From: Candidatus Thorarchaeota archaeon
GTDB lineage: Archaea > Asgardarchaeota > Thorarchaeia > Thorarchaeales > Thorarchaeaceae
DNA: 33,664 nt
Reading direction: 5' to 3'
Assembly: GCA_016840795.1 (NCBI GenBank)
Contig: JAEORS010000003.1
Span: 1 to 33,664, forward strand
Shown: positions 16,896 to 25,859 of the stretch, one piece after another
Position numbering within the stretch: the stretch's first letter is position 1
Layout: each line of letters opens with the position of its first letter
Program-made: the position numbers and the translations under genes
The notes under the pieces: model-generated
Database searches by the model: none
What the model saw: only the letters and a program-made list of their open reading frames with translations
What the model was told of the DNA's origin: nothing

Positions 16896-17489
16896 CTAGT
16901 TCTCTACGACTCGCTCAGCGACACCGTCTTTGGTGACGCTCATAATGCGGATTTCGCCACCAGACTGGGCATCCCTGGATATTCCAGCCTTTACTGCTGC
17001 AACTGCTATCTTCTCCGCTTCCTTGACCGTCAGACCCTCTTTGTAGTCCTTCTCAAGAACACCAAAGGCTGTCTGTGTTCCACTTCCGGCAGCTGTAAAC
17101 TCTTCAGGTATCAATGACCCGCCCATGTCTAGTGTATAGAGTGCCGGGCCGTCGGTGTCAAACCCAACTATGACAGTCTGTACGTAGAGAGGTGCCATCT
17201 TCTGCTGATACAGAGTGTTGGCCACCATCTTGGACAGCGCCTTCACGCTGATGGCTCTCTTCTGATTCAGCTCATAGAGTTTGATACTTGCTTGAAGCCG
17301 ACTGACAAGCATCTGATAGTCCGATGTGAGCCCTGCAGAGGCCAAGACTATGGTGTCAGACAGTTTGAATGCCTTGACACCCTTATCCGTGAGAATGAAC
17401 GTTCCCCAGCTGATCAATGAGTCGGTAGCTACAATAGCTCCATCGCTGCACTTTATACCAACAACGGTCGCACCAGTAGGAAGTGACAT
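16896..17489 (-). CDS. psmB: 20S proteasome beta subunit, probably non-catalytic (Thr1 to Ala)
   Basis: TGATVVGIKCSDG, SAGLTSDYQ, LYTLDMGGSL, AAGSG, RDAQSGG. Confidence 0.93.
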   Translation of the reverse strand: MSLPTGATVVGIKCSDGAIVATDSLISWGTFILTDKGVKAFKLSDTIVLASAGLTSDYQMLVSRLQASIKLYELNQKRAISVKALSKMVANTLYQQKMAPLYVQTVIVGFDTDGPALYTLDMGGSLIPEEFTAAGSGTQTAFGVLEKDYKEGLTVKEAEKIAVAAVKAGISRDAQSGGEIRIMSVTKDGVAERVVEN

Positions 17490-17608
17490 TACAAGAGGAC
17501 CTCCGTAGGGCGCTCTGGCCCGAATTACGGTCAGGTAGGTTCTTTTTAAAACGTTTTGAACTGTTCCTTTTGTGCAGACAAAGACCGAAAAGGAATTGAC
17601 TGAGAGAT

Positions 17609-18685
17609 ATGCAGTGGTTGAATCCCTTCACAAAGATCCCCACCATAATGACTGCAGAGGAGATTATCGACTTTGCACAGAAGAAGTCGACCCGTATGAG
17701 CATGAAGAGCTCTCTTAGACTGAAGAGAGTGGAGCGAACCCGGATTCGAGAGATAACACGACTTCAGGAGTTCACCAAGCATATCAAGGGCAAACTGAAG
17801 GAGGCTGTGGAGGGTTTTCCTTCTCTGGACCATCTACATCCATTCTATCACGAGCTCACCGAGATTCTTGTTGGGATTGATAAGCTGAAACAGGCACTTG
17901 GAGCTGTCTACAACTGTACGCCTCCAATCGACGAAATAACCAACAACCATCTCGAAGCATTGAAGCTCGCAGAGGACTTCCGTCAGATGAAGAAGACACG
18001 TAGGGCTGCCAAGGGTAGAATCTCGTCAATTGTGCGCGCGACAGCTTCAAACTTGGATTTCATCATTGAGGCCAAAAAGACCATGTCGCGACTTCCCGGT
18101 GTAACTCCCAACTCTCCCACCATAGTATGTGCAGGCTTCCCCAATGTCGGCAAATCAACTCTTGTGAAGGCTGTTTCAACGGCCGAGCCAGAGATTGCAC
18201 ACTATCCCTTCACTACCAAGAAAGTAATAATCGGCCATCTCACCATTGGAGATCAGAGCGTCCAGATTATTGACACGCCTGGAATACTGGATAGGCCAAT
18301 GTCAGAACGGAATGAGATTGAGAGACAGGCGATTGCCGCACTGAAGTACCTCGCTCATGTCATCATCTTCATGCTGGACCCCTCCGAGGCCTGTGGCTGG
18401 GGTCTCAACGACCAGCTCAGTCTATACAGGGAGGTTCAAAGGACGTTTCCCTTGAATCCTCTTCTCGTTGTTTTGAACAAGATCGACATCACTCCGCCCG
18501 AGCAGCTTGAGCTGGCGAGGAAGAAGGTGCCAGGAGCTCATGAGATGATTGCTATCGAAGGCAAAGGGGTTCAAGAGCTGATGAACGACGCTCTTGAAGA
18601 GGTGGACTTGGTCTCTCTCCAAGATTCGGTGGATGAGTTTGTAGCCCAAGTTTCACAGAGAGAATCCGACCCCTCTGACAGTTAG
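17609..18685 (+). CDS. NOG1-family GTP-binding protein
   Basis: LHPFYHEL helical N-domain; GFPNVGKS, YPFTTK, DTPGILDRP, NKID. Confidence 0.93.
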   Translation: MQWLNPFTKIPTIMTAEEIIDFAQKKSTRMSMKSSLRLKRVERTRIREITRLQEFTKHIKGKLKEAVEGFPSLDHLHPFYHELTEILVGIDKLKQALGAVYNCTPPIDEITNNHLEALKLAEDFRQMKKTRRAAKGRISSIVRATASNLDFIIEAKKTMSRLPGVTPNSPTIVCAGFPNVGKSTLVKAVSTAEPEIAHYPFTTKKVIIGHLTIGDQSVQIIDTPGILDRPMSERNEIERQAIAALKYLAHVIIFMLDPSEACGWGLNDQLSLYREVQRTFPLNPLLVVLNKIDITPPEQLELARKKVPGAHEMIAIEGKGVQELMNDALEEVDLVSLQDSVDEFVAQVSQRESDPSDS

Positions 18686-19717
18686 CTTCCCAGGCCCCCC
18701 AGTTTTTCCCTTGAGAGAAACATCCGCATCCAGCAACTTCTGAGCTACCCACAGGTTGGTTTCCAGGTGCTGTGTGATCTTGGTCACGCCTATCTCGCTC
18801 GTGCCCTTAGCTAACAACATGTAGGGGACCAGCATATCACATAGGTGAGAATCGACGGCCAACCCTGTGGAGAGTTCATCAATCAGCCGATGGGCGCATT
18901 CTGAACCCACATCCTCGGCAGGCTTTCCTCTCTCCCCGAGCCTGTCAGCTCCAATTCTTGCACCCTTTTCTGACTCTGCCCAAATGACAATGCCACTTCC
19001 TGGTCCTAGGTGTCTGTCCTCGTTCTTTTGATAGGACTCCACGTCAATCATAATCTGTTCTATCCCGCTCTCGCGTAACACCGAATGTGCTGAATCAGCC
19101 TGTCGTCTAGCAACATGTGGCGGCAGTCTTACACAATGCGAGATGCCACTGACTCCTATGATGTCACCAAAGTCCACAAGATCAAGCGCAGTGAGTTCTT
19201 CTACGGGTGTAATCGTACACAACACGCTTCCTCCCCCTCTTGGAAAGTGGCCTCTCTTTCTTACAGATATCTCAACATGCAGACCCATTCTCCGAAGCGA
19301 ATGCGCGAAGACTGCCCGCATGTAGTCTATAGGGGGGCTCCACGAAACATCAGTCCCTCCTGTGAGGTTCAACCTGATAGGTTCAGGGGCAAGAGCCGCA
19401 GTTGGTAGAGCCGCCTGAAGTATTAGCGAGATTGATCCAGCCGTTCCAACATCATAGATGTAGTCCCCCCCTCTCCTCGTTCGAGGTGAGAATTCTACGA
19501 TTGTGTTTCCGACCTCCAGCCCGCTCACCTTTGCATCCACCAATTGAGCGATGATGTCGATACCCGCCATGTGTTGTCTTTTGAGGCCTGGTTTTGGACG
19601 ACCTGCACGTATTTTGCTGACTCTTACTGGACGCATCGTGAGTGCTGACAACGCAATTGATGTGCGCAGTATCTGTCCTCCTCCCTCACCATAGGAGCCA
19701 TCAATCTCTATCATCAT
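18653..19717 (-). CDS. rtcA: RNA 3'-terminal phosphate cyclase
   Basis: DGSYGEGGGQILRTS, RPKPGLKRQH, GGTDVSWSP, RGHFPRGGG, catalytic His in TQHLETN. Confidence 0.95.
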   Translation of the reverse strand: MMIEIDGSYGEGGGQILRTSIALSALTMRPVRVSKIRAGRPKPGLKRQHMAGIDIIAQLVDAKVSGLEVGNTIVEFSPRTRRGGDYIYDVGTAGSISLILQAALPTAALAPEPIRLNLTGGTDVSWSPPIDYMRAVFAHSLRRMGLHVEISVRKRGHFPRGGGSVLCTITPVEELTALDLVDFGDIIGVSGISHCVRLPPHVARRQADSAHSVLRESGIEQIMIDVESYQKNEDRHLGPGSGIVIWAESEKGARIGADRLGERGKPAEDVGSECAHRLIDELSTGLAVDSHLCDMLVPYMLLAKGTSEIGVTKITQHLETNLWVAQKLLDADVSLKGKTGGPGKLTVRGVGFSL

Positions 19718-19822
19718 GGTGACCCTACGCCCTTGATGGGGCTCAGACAGTTAAGGACTTCCGTTCGTCGTACCGCTGCCGAAGCCTTATTACGTCACAC
19801 CACCCGTTCGGTTGCGGTAAAG

Positions 19823-20347
19823 ATGAGGTCTGCATTCATCGGGCGCTTCCAACCAGTCCACAAAGGACACATCTATTCAGTCAGTCAGATTCTGGAGAAG
19901 AAAGAGGATCTGATCATTGTCATAGGTAGCGCTCAATATTCACATACACCGAATAACCCCTTCACAGGCGGGGAGAGGGTCATGTTCATGAAGGGAGCGC
20001 TCATCGAGGAGGGGCTTCCCCTTGCCCGCATTGATATCATTCCCCTCGCAGACATCAACATCCATCCACTGTGGGTCTCCCACTTGAGAAGTTTTGTACC
20101 ATACTTCAAGAAGGCCTATACCCATAATCCGCTTGTTCAAAGTCTGTTGAAGGCAGCTGGAGTCGAGGTGGATGAAACAGACCTTCTTGAGAGAAACACC
20201 TACAGTGCCAAAAACATTAGAAACCTCATTGGCTGGGACAATCCCGAATGGGAAACTCTGGTACCTGATTCGGTTGCGAAGATAATCAAAGAACACAAGC
20301 TGGACGATAGGATACGAGAAGTCGGCGAGGTCACCACCAAGCGGTGA
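19823..20347 (+). CDS. nadM: Nicotinamide-nucleotide adenylyltransferase
   Basis: GRFQPVHKGH, IGSAQYSH, NPFTGGER, WETLVP. Start ATG 19823. Confidence 0.93.
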   Translation: MRSAFIGRFQPVHKGHIYSVSQILEKKEDLIIVIGSAQYSHTPNNPFTGGERVMFMKGALIEEGLPLARIDIIPLADINIHPLWVSHLRSFVPYFKKAYTHNPLVQSLLKAAGVEVDETDLLERNTYSAKNIRNLIGWDNPEWETLVPDSVAKIIKEHKLDDRIREVGEVTTKR

Positions 20348-20496
20348 CAGTACACAGCAGACTTTAAATACGGACACAGAACGACTGTCTGTTGGTGAAC
20401 GTAAATGCTAGGTGAACACGTTCCGATGGAATGAAATGCTATTTCTCTGTCCTAGCCAGTGCTCTATGTCGCAATCAAATCACAGGAGTAGATACC

Positions 20497-21978
20497 ATGA
20501 GCAGCAGTGACCAGAAAGAAGATGCACAAGTCATCTTCAATATAAGCAAAGAGAAGAATTTCCCTGATTGGTATGGCGAGATCTGCAGAGTCGCAGAACT
20601 TGCAGACATCCGATATGGTGTCAAGGGATTCACTCCGTTTCCACCATGGAGCTACATGACTATGGACATCATGTTCGACATACTGGAAACGGTCCTGAAA
20701 CGAAAGGGTCACCTGCCCATGCTATTTCCTACCGTGATTCCTGAGAGCAATCTTATGAAAGAGGCTCAACACGTCGAGGGCTTTTCACCTCAGGTGTTTT
20801 GGATAAAGGAGATTGGCGACGGTGAGAAACTGGAGGAACCACTGGCGCTAAGGCCTACGAGCGAGACAGCAATCTATCCCATGTACTCGCTCTGGGTTAG
20901 AAGTTGGCGTGACATGCCCCTAAAGAGGTATCAACGTTGTTCCATCTTCAGGTCCGAGGTCAAGAGCACTCGCCCGTTCTTGAGGGGACGTGAATTTCTG
21001 TGGATTGAAAGCCACAATGTGTTTGCGACTCATGAGGAAGTCTTAGCGCAGGTTATGGAAGACATTGAGACCACGATGGAAGTTGTGGCCGGCGACTATG
21101 GAGTCCCCGTCTTCGTCTTCAAGAGGACTCAGTGGGACAAATTCCCAGGTGGGCTAAACACCTATGCGGCTGACACTATGATGCCTGATGGAAAGGTGAT
21201 TCAACTACCTTCGACCCATGACTTGGGTGACAACTTTGCTAGAGCCTTCGATATCGCATTTCTCAATGAGAAGAACGAAACTGTCTATGCATGGCAGACC
21301 TGCTACGGTCCAGCAGTTTCAAGAATCTTTGGAGCAATGATATCGATTCACGGTGACGACAAGGGTCTTCGCTTTCCCTTCAAGTTGTCCCCCTATCAAG
21401 TCGTCATCGTGCCCATATTCACAGACAGGAGCGCAGATGAGGTCTTGAAGTACTGCAGGAAGATTGAGCGCACACTGAGCAAGGCAGGTTTCCGTGTCAA
21501 CCTTGATGACTCTGATGCCACTCCCGGCTGGAAGTATAACTACTGGGAGATGAAGGGTGTCCCCATCCGGATTGAAGCCGGTCCCAGGGACATGAAGCAG
21601 AACAAGGTCGTGGTCTTTCGCAGAGACACTATGAAACGAGAGAGCGTAGGCTTGAAGGAGCTCAAGAAGAGGGTCTCACGCCTCGGAGCGGAGATAGACC
21701 AGACCCTGAGATCCCAAGCAGAGGCAAGGTTCACTGATCTAGTGGTGGACGCAGAAAGTGAAGGAGAGATTGCTGATGCGCTCGAAAACGGCAAGATTGC
21801 TAGAACTCCTTTCTGCAGTACAGAGATGGAAGGACTAGCCTGTGCTGAGGAGCTTAAGGACAGAGTCGGCGGCGAGATACGCGGGACTAGAATGGACTTA
21901 GAGGAGACTCCTGAGGGTATATGCCCATTCTGTGGTGCGGTCGCCAAGGAGATTGTCTACATAGCGCGATCGTACTAG
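20497..21978 (+). CDS. proS: Prolyl-tRNA synthetase (archaeal/eukaryotic type)
   Basis: HVEGFSPQ, LRPTSET, FLRGREFLWIESH, THDLGDNFA, WQTCYG, C-terminal IARSY. Start ATG 20497 with AGGAG RBS. Confidence 0.97.
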   Translation: MSSSDQKEDAQVIFNISKEKNFPDWYGEICRVAELADIRYGVKGFTPFPPWSYMTMDIMFDILETVLKRKGHLPMLFPTVIPESNLMKEAQHVEGFSPQVFWIKEIGDGEKLEEPLALRPTSETAIYPMYSLWVRSWRDMPLKRYQRCSIFRSEVKSTRPFLRGREFLWIESHNVFATHEEVLAQVMEDIETTMEVVAGDYGVPVFVFKRTQWDKFPGGLNTYAADTMMPDGKVIQLPSTHDLGDNFARAFDIAFLNEKNETVYAWQTCYGPAVSRIFGAMISIHGDDKGLRFPFKLSPYQVVIVPIFTDRSADEVLKYCRKIERTLSKAGFRVNLDDSDATPGWKYNYWEMKGVPIRIEAGPRDMKQNKVVVFRRDTMKRESVGLKELKKRVSRLGAEIDQTLRSQAEARFTDLVVDAESEGEIADALENGKIARTPFCSTEMEGLACAEELKDRVGGEIRGTRMDLEETPEGICPFCGAVAKEIVYIARSY

Positions 21979-21989
21979 CCAAGTGTTCT

Positions 21990-22007
21990 GGTCCCGTTTC
22001 AGGGACC
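21990..22007 (+). terminator. Hairpin downstream of proS
   Basis: GGTCCC-gtttca-GGGACC followed by a pyrimidine-rich tract. Confidence 0.45.
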
Positions 22008-22210
22008 CGACTTCCGCTCTCTCTCGAATCTTGCGCGCACAAGCTCGTATGAGCCCGTATTTCCCAAGGCCGTCTACAGCAACTGGGCCACTGAGCGCGC
22101 CAAACTAATGGTTTTGAAGGAGCTTTTCAATGAAATCGTGTAGACAATAGGGGGAGAATCTTCGTCTTCAGAGATTAACAGGTCTTAACTCAGCGAGGAG
22201 GCGACTCGAG

Positions 22211-24472
22211 TTGACTGAGAGTCAGGTCTTTAAGGAGTACATTGCAGCAGACAACAGCCACGACTCAGGGGATACAAGATTGAGTCTAGAGAGTCTCTCG
22301 GACATTCCAGGTGTAGGTGAGAAGATAAAAAAGGCGCTTGTTGACCACTTCGGCAATGAGGCAGTCGCTCTCAAGGTCATCACGGACTCGCGTCTGGACC
22401 TCGTGTCGGCCGTGCCAGGAATTGGGGACAAACAAGCAATCAACATCGTCAAAGCTGCGTTTGAGGTACAATTTGGTGCTAGCGCCAACACGATCTTGAG
22501 AAGTGTTGATGCGAGAAAGATATTCGACTCTGTCCTAGGCATCATCCGTGGCTATACCAACACTAGCTATGCTAGGGATAAGCTGATTCTATACTTCCCC
22601 CTGCCCCCAGACAAACTTGACATCATTCATGAGCGACAGAAGTACTTCTCAGACGCTTCCGAAATGGCTCATGAACTCACAGAAGAACAGGAAGAAATCC
22701 TGCGTGCGAACTTGAGTCAAACCCGGGGTCTCTACAGAAGAATCAAGCCCCGCAGACTTGAGGGAAGGGTCATCATCACAAATGATGAGAAGGTGTTTGA
22801 CAAGCTCGTGAGTGAGGGCGTGGACCGTTGGTGTCCAGTGTACGTCATATCCGAGGGTGAGAACGCCATAGACTATGCAAAGGGGTATGACCTAGTCATC
22901 TACATGTCACCACTTGGAGTCTATGACGATTCTGTTGACATGTTGGACAATGTGGAGATTCTGGGGAAAGACTGGACCATTGACGATGTCTTACCCGAGA
23001 GGACGATAGGGTTCTACTCCAGAAACTACCGAGTCATCGATGCGGCTTCCAAGCTCGCGAATGTCTTCGGGAATCTTCCGATGAACGACTCTGTACGGAG
23101 CTTCATTGAGAGTATCGAAATTCACAGCCTCAAAGAGGTCGGACAGCTTCTGAAGAACCTCAACGAAGAGGGCGATCTAGCTGAAGATGTTGATGCCGAG
23201 CTTGATCGATACAGAAGGGCCGTGAAGGCATTTCCGACTGCAATTGCTGAAACCGAGGCGTGGCTCAATGAAGAGATAAAGAATAGAATCTCCAAGAGCG
23301 AAGTGACTTTGGGGGGCCAGCAGATAATCTCTATTCTGCAGTCCGCCGAATTAGAGGGAGCAGAGGGAAGCGCACTGAGGAACATGCTTCCTGCTGAGAT
23401 TGTAGAAACTTTCACTTCTACCATACAAGAAGCTGAGGACAAGCTGGTGGAGATGCTTGGTCTAACCATGAAAGAAGCAGACTGGGCTTCTGGTATAATC
23501 AGTGAAGAGATTGCTCTACCTGTGAAGATGGTCTCAAGCCAGATTAATGACCTTGAGGACAGACTCAGGAGGCTCTTTGCAGACAGGCAGTTCAGACTCA
23601 TCAAGAAGTTGTCAAGCCAACTTGAGAAGCTGACCCCGGCTGTGACAGAGGCAGTACGCACCCTTTTGGACTTCGATCTGTTCCTTGCCGTTGGATTGTT
23701 CAGTAGAGAGTATGACCTACGAACACCTACCATTTCAACCGAATACTCTGGAGTTGGCGTTCAAGGAGCCAGAAATCTGGCTCTTACAGAGAGTATGTTG
23801 AGAGGAAAGCATGGCGAGGTTCAGCCCATAGACTATGCCATCGGCAAGACCCCCTTCCAGCCAGCAGGTACGAATGGGGAGAATTGTACGCTTCTCTCAG
23901 GTGCAAACAGCGGTGGCAAGACGACAACCATCCAGACACTTGCTCAGATTGCCACGATGGCACAGGCTGGTCTACCAGTGCCTGCAAACAAGGCGTACAT
24001 GCCTCCATTTGAGGAGATCTACTTCTTCTACAAGAGCAGAGGCATGGTGAGTGCGGGTGCATTCGAAACTACATTGAAGCAGTTTGCTGACATAGTCACG
24101 TCGGAGAAGCCCAAACTGGCCCTGTTTGACGAGGTTGAGGCAATCACTGAGCCCGGTAGCGCAGCCAACGTGATAGCAGGACTCATTGAGATTCTGCAGC
24201 GCGATACCAGAAGCTGCACCGTGATCTGCAGTCACATGGCACGAGAAATCAAGGAAGTCACGGACACCCCTGTTCGAATCGACGGAATCGAGGCACAAGG
24301 GCTAGATGATAATCTCGAGCTTGTTGTGGACAGGACTCCACGCTTCGGCTATCTTGCAAGGAGCACCCCCGAGCTCATCGTTGAGCGACTGACAAAGCTG
24401 TCTAAGGGCAAGAAGCGGGAAGTATATGAGAGAATTCTAGGGAATCTCACCGGGACTCGACATAACATCTGA
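22211..24472 (+). CDS. MutS-family ATPase with N-terminal helix-hairpin-helix motifs (archaeal MutS5/MutS2-like)
   Basis: HhH IPGVGEK and VPGIGDK; Walker A SGANSGGKTT; AGAFE; Walker B LFDEVEAITEP; no mismatch-binding or Smr domain evident; GAGGAGG RBS before TTG. Confidence 0.9.
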   Translation: MTESQVFKEYIAADNSHDSGDTRLSLESLSDIPGVGEKIKKALVDHFGNEAVALKVITDSRLDLVSAVPGIGDKQAINIVKAAFEVQFGASANTILRSVDARKIFDSVLGIIRGYTNTSYARDKLILYFPLPPDKLDIIHERQKYFSDASEMAHELTEEQEEILRANLSQTRGLYRRIKPRRLEGRVIITNDEKVFDKLVSEGVDRWCPVYVISEGENAIDYAKGYDLVIYMSPLGVYDDSVDMLDNVEILGKDWTIDDVLPERTIGFYSRNYRVIDAASKLANVFGNLPMNDSVRSFIESIEIHSLKEVGQLLKNLNEEGDLAEDVDAELDRYRRAVKAFPTAIAETEAWLNEEIKNRISKSEVTLGGQQIISILQSAELEGAEGSALRNMLPAEIVETFTSTIQEAEDKLVEMLGLTMKEADWASGIISEEIALPVKMVSSQINDLEDRLRRLFADRQFRLIKKLSSQLEKLTPAVTEAVRTLLDFDLFLAVGLFSREYDLRTPTISTEYSGVGVQGARNLALTESMLRGKHGEVQPIDYAIGKTPFQPAGTNGENCTLLSGANSGGKTTTIQTLAQIATMAQAGLPVPANKAYMPPFEEIYFFYKSRGMVSAGAFETTLKQFADIVTSEKPKLALFDEVEAITEPGSAANVIAGLIEILQRDTRSCTVICSHMAREIKEVTDTPVRIDGIEAQGLDDNLELVVDRTPRFGYLARSTPELIVERLTKLSKGKKREVYERILGNLTGTRHNI

Positions 24473-24517
24473 GGGTCTGCCTACAGCGCAATGGCTCGAG
24501 GTCCAGGAGGTCGAGCG

Positions 24518-25090
24518 TTGAACCGAGTACTCGTGTTTGGAGATGCCCATATCCCATCACGCCGCGACTCGATTCCATCTCAATTCTATGCTCACATTCA
24601 GAACTCTCACTACGATCTTGCCCTTGTGACCGGCGACCTTGTCCGAGAGGCCGAGATGAGGGCCGCCATGCCTGAACTGCCTGAATGCTACATAGTTCAA
24701 GGCAACATGGACTATGGCCGAGCATTCAATATCCATGAACGGGTTGAGATTGAGAAGCTGACTTTCCTTCTGCTACATGGCACACAGTTCAGACCGCGGG
24801 GCAACATCAAGCAGTTTTGGGCCATCATGATGAACGTGGGTGCAGACGTTGGAGTCCATGGTCACACACACAAGCCTGCTATTGAACTACATGAAGGTAA
24901 GCTCTTCCTGAATCCGGGAACGATTTCTGGAGCCACCGGTGGCTGGGCAGGGGTTCAAGATGCAAGCTTCATCGAGCTTGAGGTGAACCAGTCTGAGATT
25001 ATCGTCAATCTTCATCATACCGATTGGCATGTTGTGAAACGGTCAGAAGCACAGTTTCGCAAGGTTGAGGGCCAGATGGTGCGTTCCTGA
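24518..25090 (+). CDS. Metallophosphoesterase, YfcE/MJ0936/Vps29 family
   Basis: GDAHIPSR, TGDL, GNMD, LHG, GHTHK, NPG; GGAGG RBS 7 nt before TTG 24518. Confidence 0.9.
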   Translation: MNRVLVFGDAHIPSRRDSIPSQFYAHIQNSHYDLALVTGDLVREAEMRAAMPELPECYIVQGNMDYGRAFNIHERVEIEKLTFLLLHGTQFRPRGNIKQFWAIMMNVGADVGVHGHTHKPAIELHEGKLFLNPGTISGATGGWAGVQDASFIELEVNQSEIIVNLHHTDWHVVKRSEAQFRKVEGQMVRS

Positions 25091-25117
25091 TGCCCTCACT
25101 GACATGAAATCGCCTCA

Positions 25118-25702
25118 CTACTCATCTCCCCAAGGATCGGGGCTGAGCAACCTGACATAAAGCCTTTTGACCACATTCGCACTCTCTTCCAGAGACCTCT
25201 TGGTTATACTTCTCCTCAGCTCCATGAGATCCACTTGGGGATTGGTTTCTTGCTGTGAGATTAGGGATGCAGGGTCGGGCATCGATGTGCGTATTTCCTC
25301 TGCGGGGTCGATGTCGCGGGTGAACTTGACTCGGGCAAAGAATAGCGCCAGAGTCTTCTTGATTGCCTTCTTCTCTGAGGACTCTGTCGGCATCATTGAC
25401 ACAATCTGTACTGCACCTGTCCTTAGCTTCTCAGAAACAATCTTCTGGACGGCCTCGGCGAGTTCTCGATTCTGCCCTACAGCGATGCCCATGTTTATCA
25501 TCAACATACGAATTCGGTCCAACAACACTCCAACTGTAGTTCCGACTAATGGCTTAGGTCTCATTGCAGCACACCAGTCATAATATGCATCAGTGATCTT
25601 CCTCAGCCCCTTTTCCTGTCTAGAGAACTCTCTCATGTTCTCAACTGGGATAATGGGGCACCATACATTCATCGGCGTTGAGTCGGAACCCTTACTACTC
25701 AT
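25118..25702 (-). CDS. Hypothetical protein (194 aa, predominantly helical)
   Basis: Long ORF filling the gap, protein-like composition; no motif recognised. Confidence 0.75.
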   Translation of the reverse strand: MSSKGSDSTPMNVWCPIIPVENMREFSRQEKGLRKITDAYYDWCAAMRPKPLVGTTVGVLLDRIRMLMINMGIAVGQNRELAEAVQKIVSEKLRTGAVQIVSMMPTESSEKKAIKKTLALFFARVKFTRDIDPAEEIRTSMPDPASLISQQETNPQVDLMELRRSITKRSLEESANVVKRLYVRLLSPDPWGDE

Positions 25703-25859
25703 TCTTCGTCGTCACGCCTAGTCTGAAGTCAATTATCAGTCTATTCGTAACATATCCATGAAATGGCTGCAGCATACAATCCTTCAACCTGCTTTGGTGA
25801 TTGTCTTTATTACATGGGTTCAATCTACCCAAGCTAGCATGTAGCAACGGGTGATTAGG

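Noticed and set aside
22031-22103. Possible ncRNA between proS and the MutS-like gene (GCGCGC...GCGCGC closing stem, GCTC-gtat-GAGC hairpin)
   Set aside because: Pairings rely on short self-complementary words expected by chance; no tRNA, C/D box or other known motif.
23122-23733. Long antisense ORFs (e.g. 23122-23733, 29646-30380, 25167-25583, 28518-28979)
   Set aside because: Ser/Ile-rich mirror translations of well-supported genes on the opposite strand.
25758-25844. 28-aa hydrophobic ORF MKWLQHTILQPALVIVFITWVQSTQASM
   Set aside because: No RBS, and it overlaps the probable TATA (CTTTATTA) of the downstream gene; likely chance.
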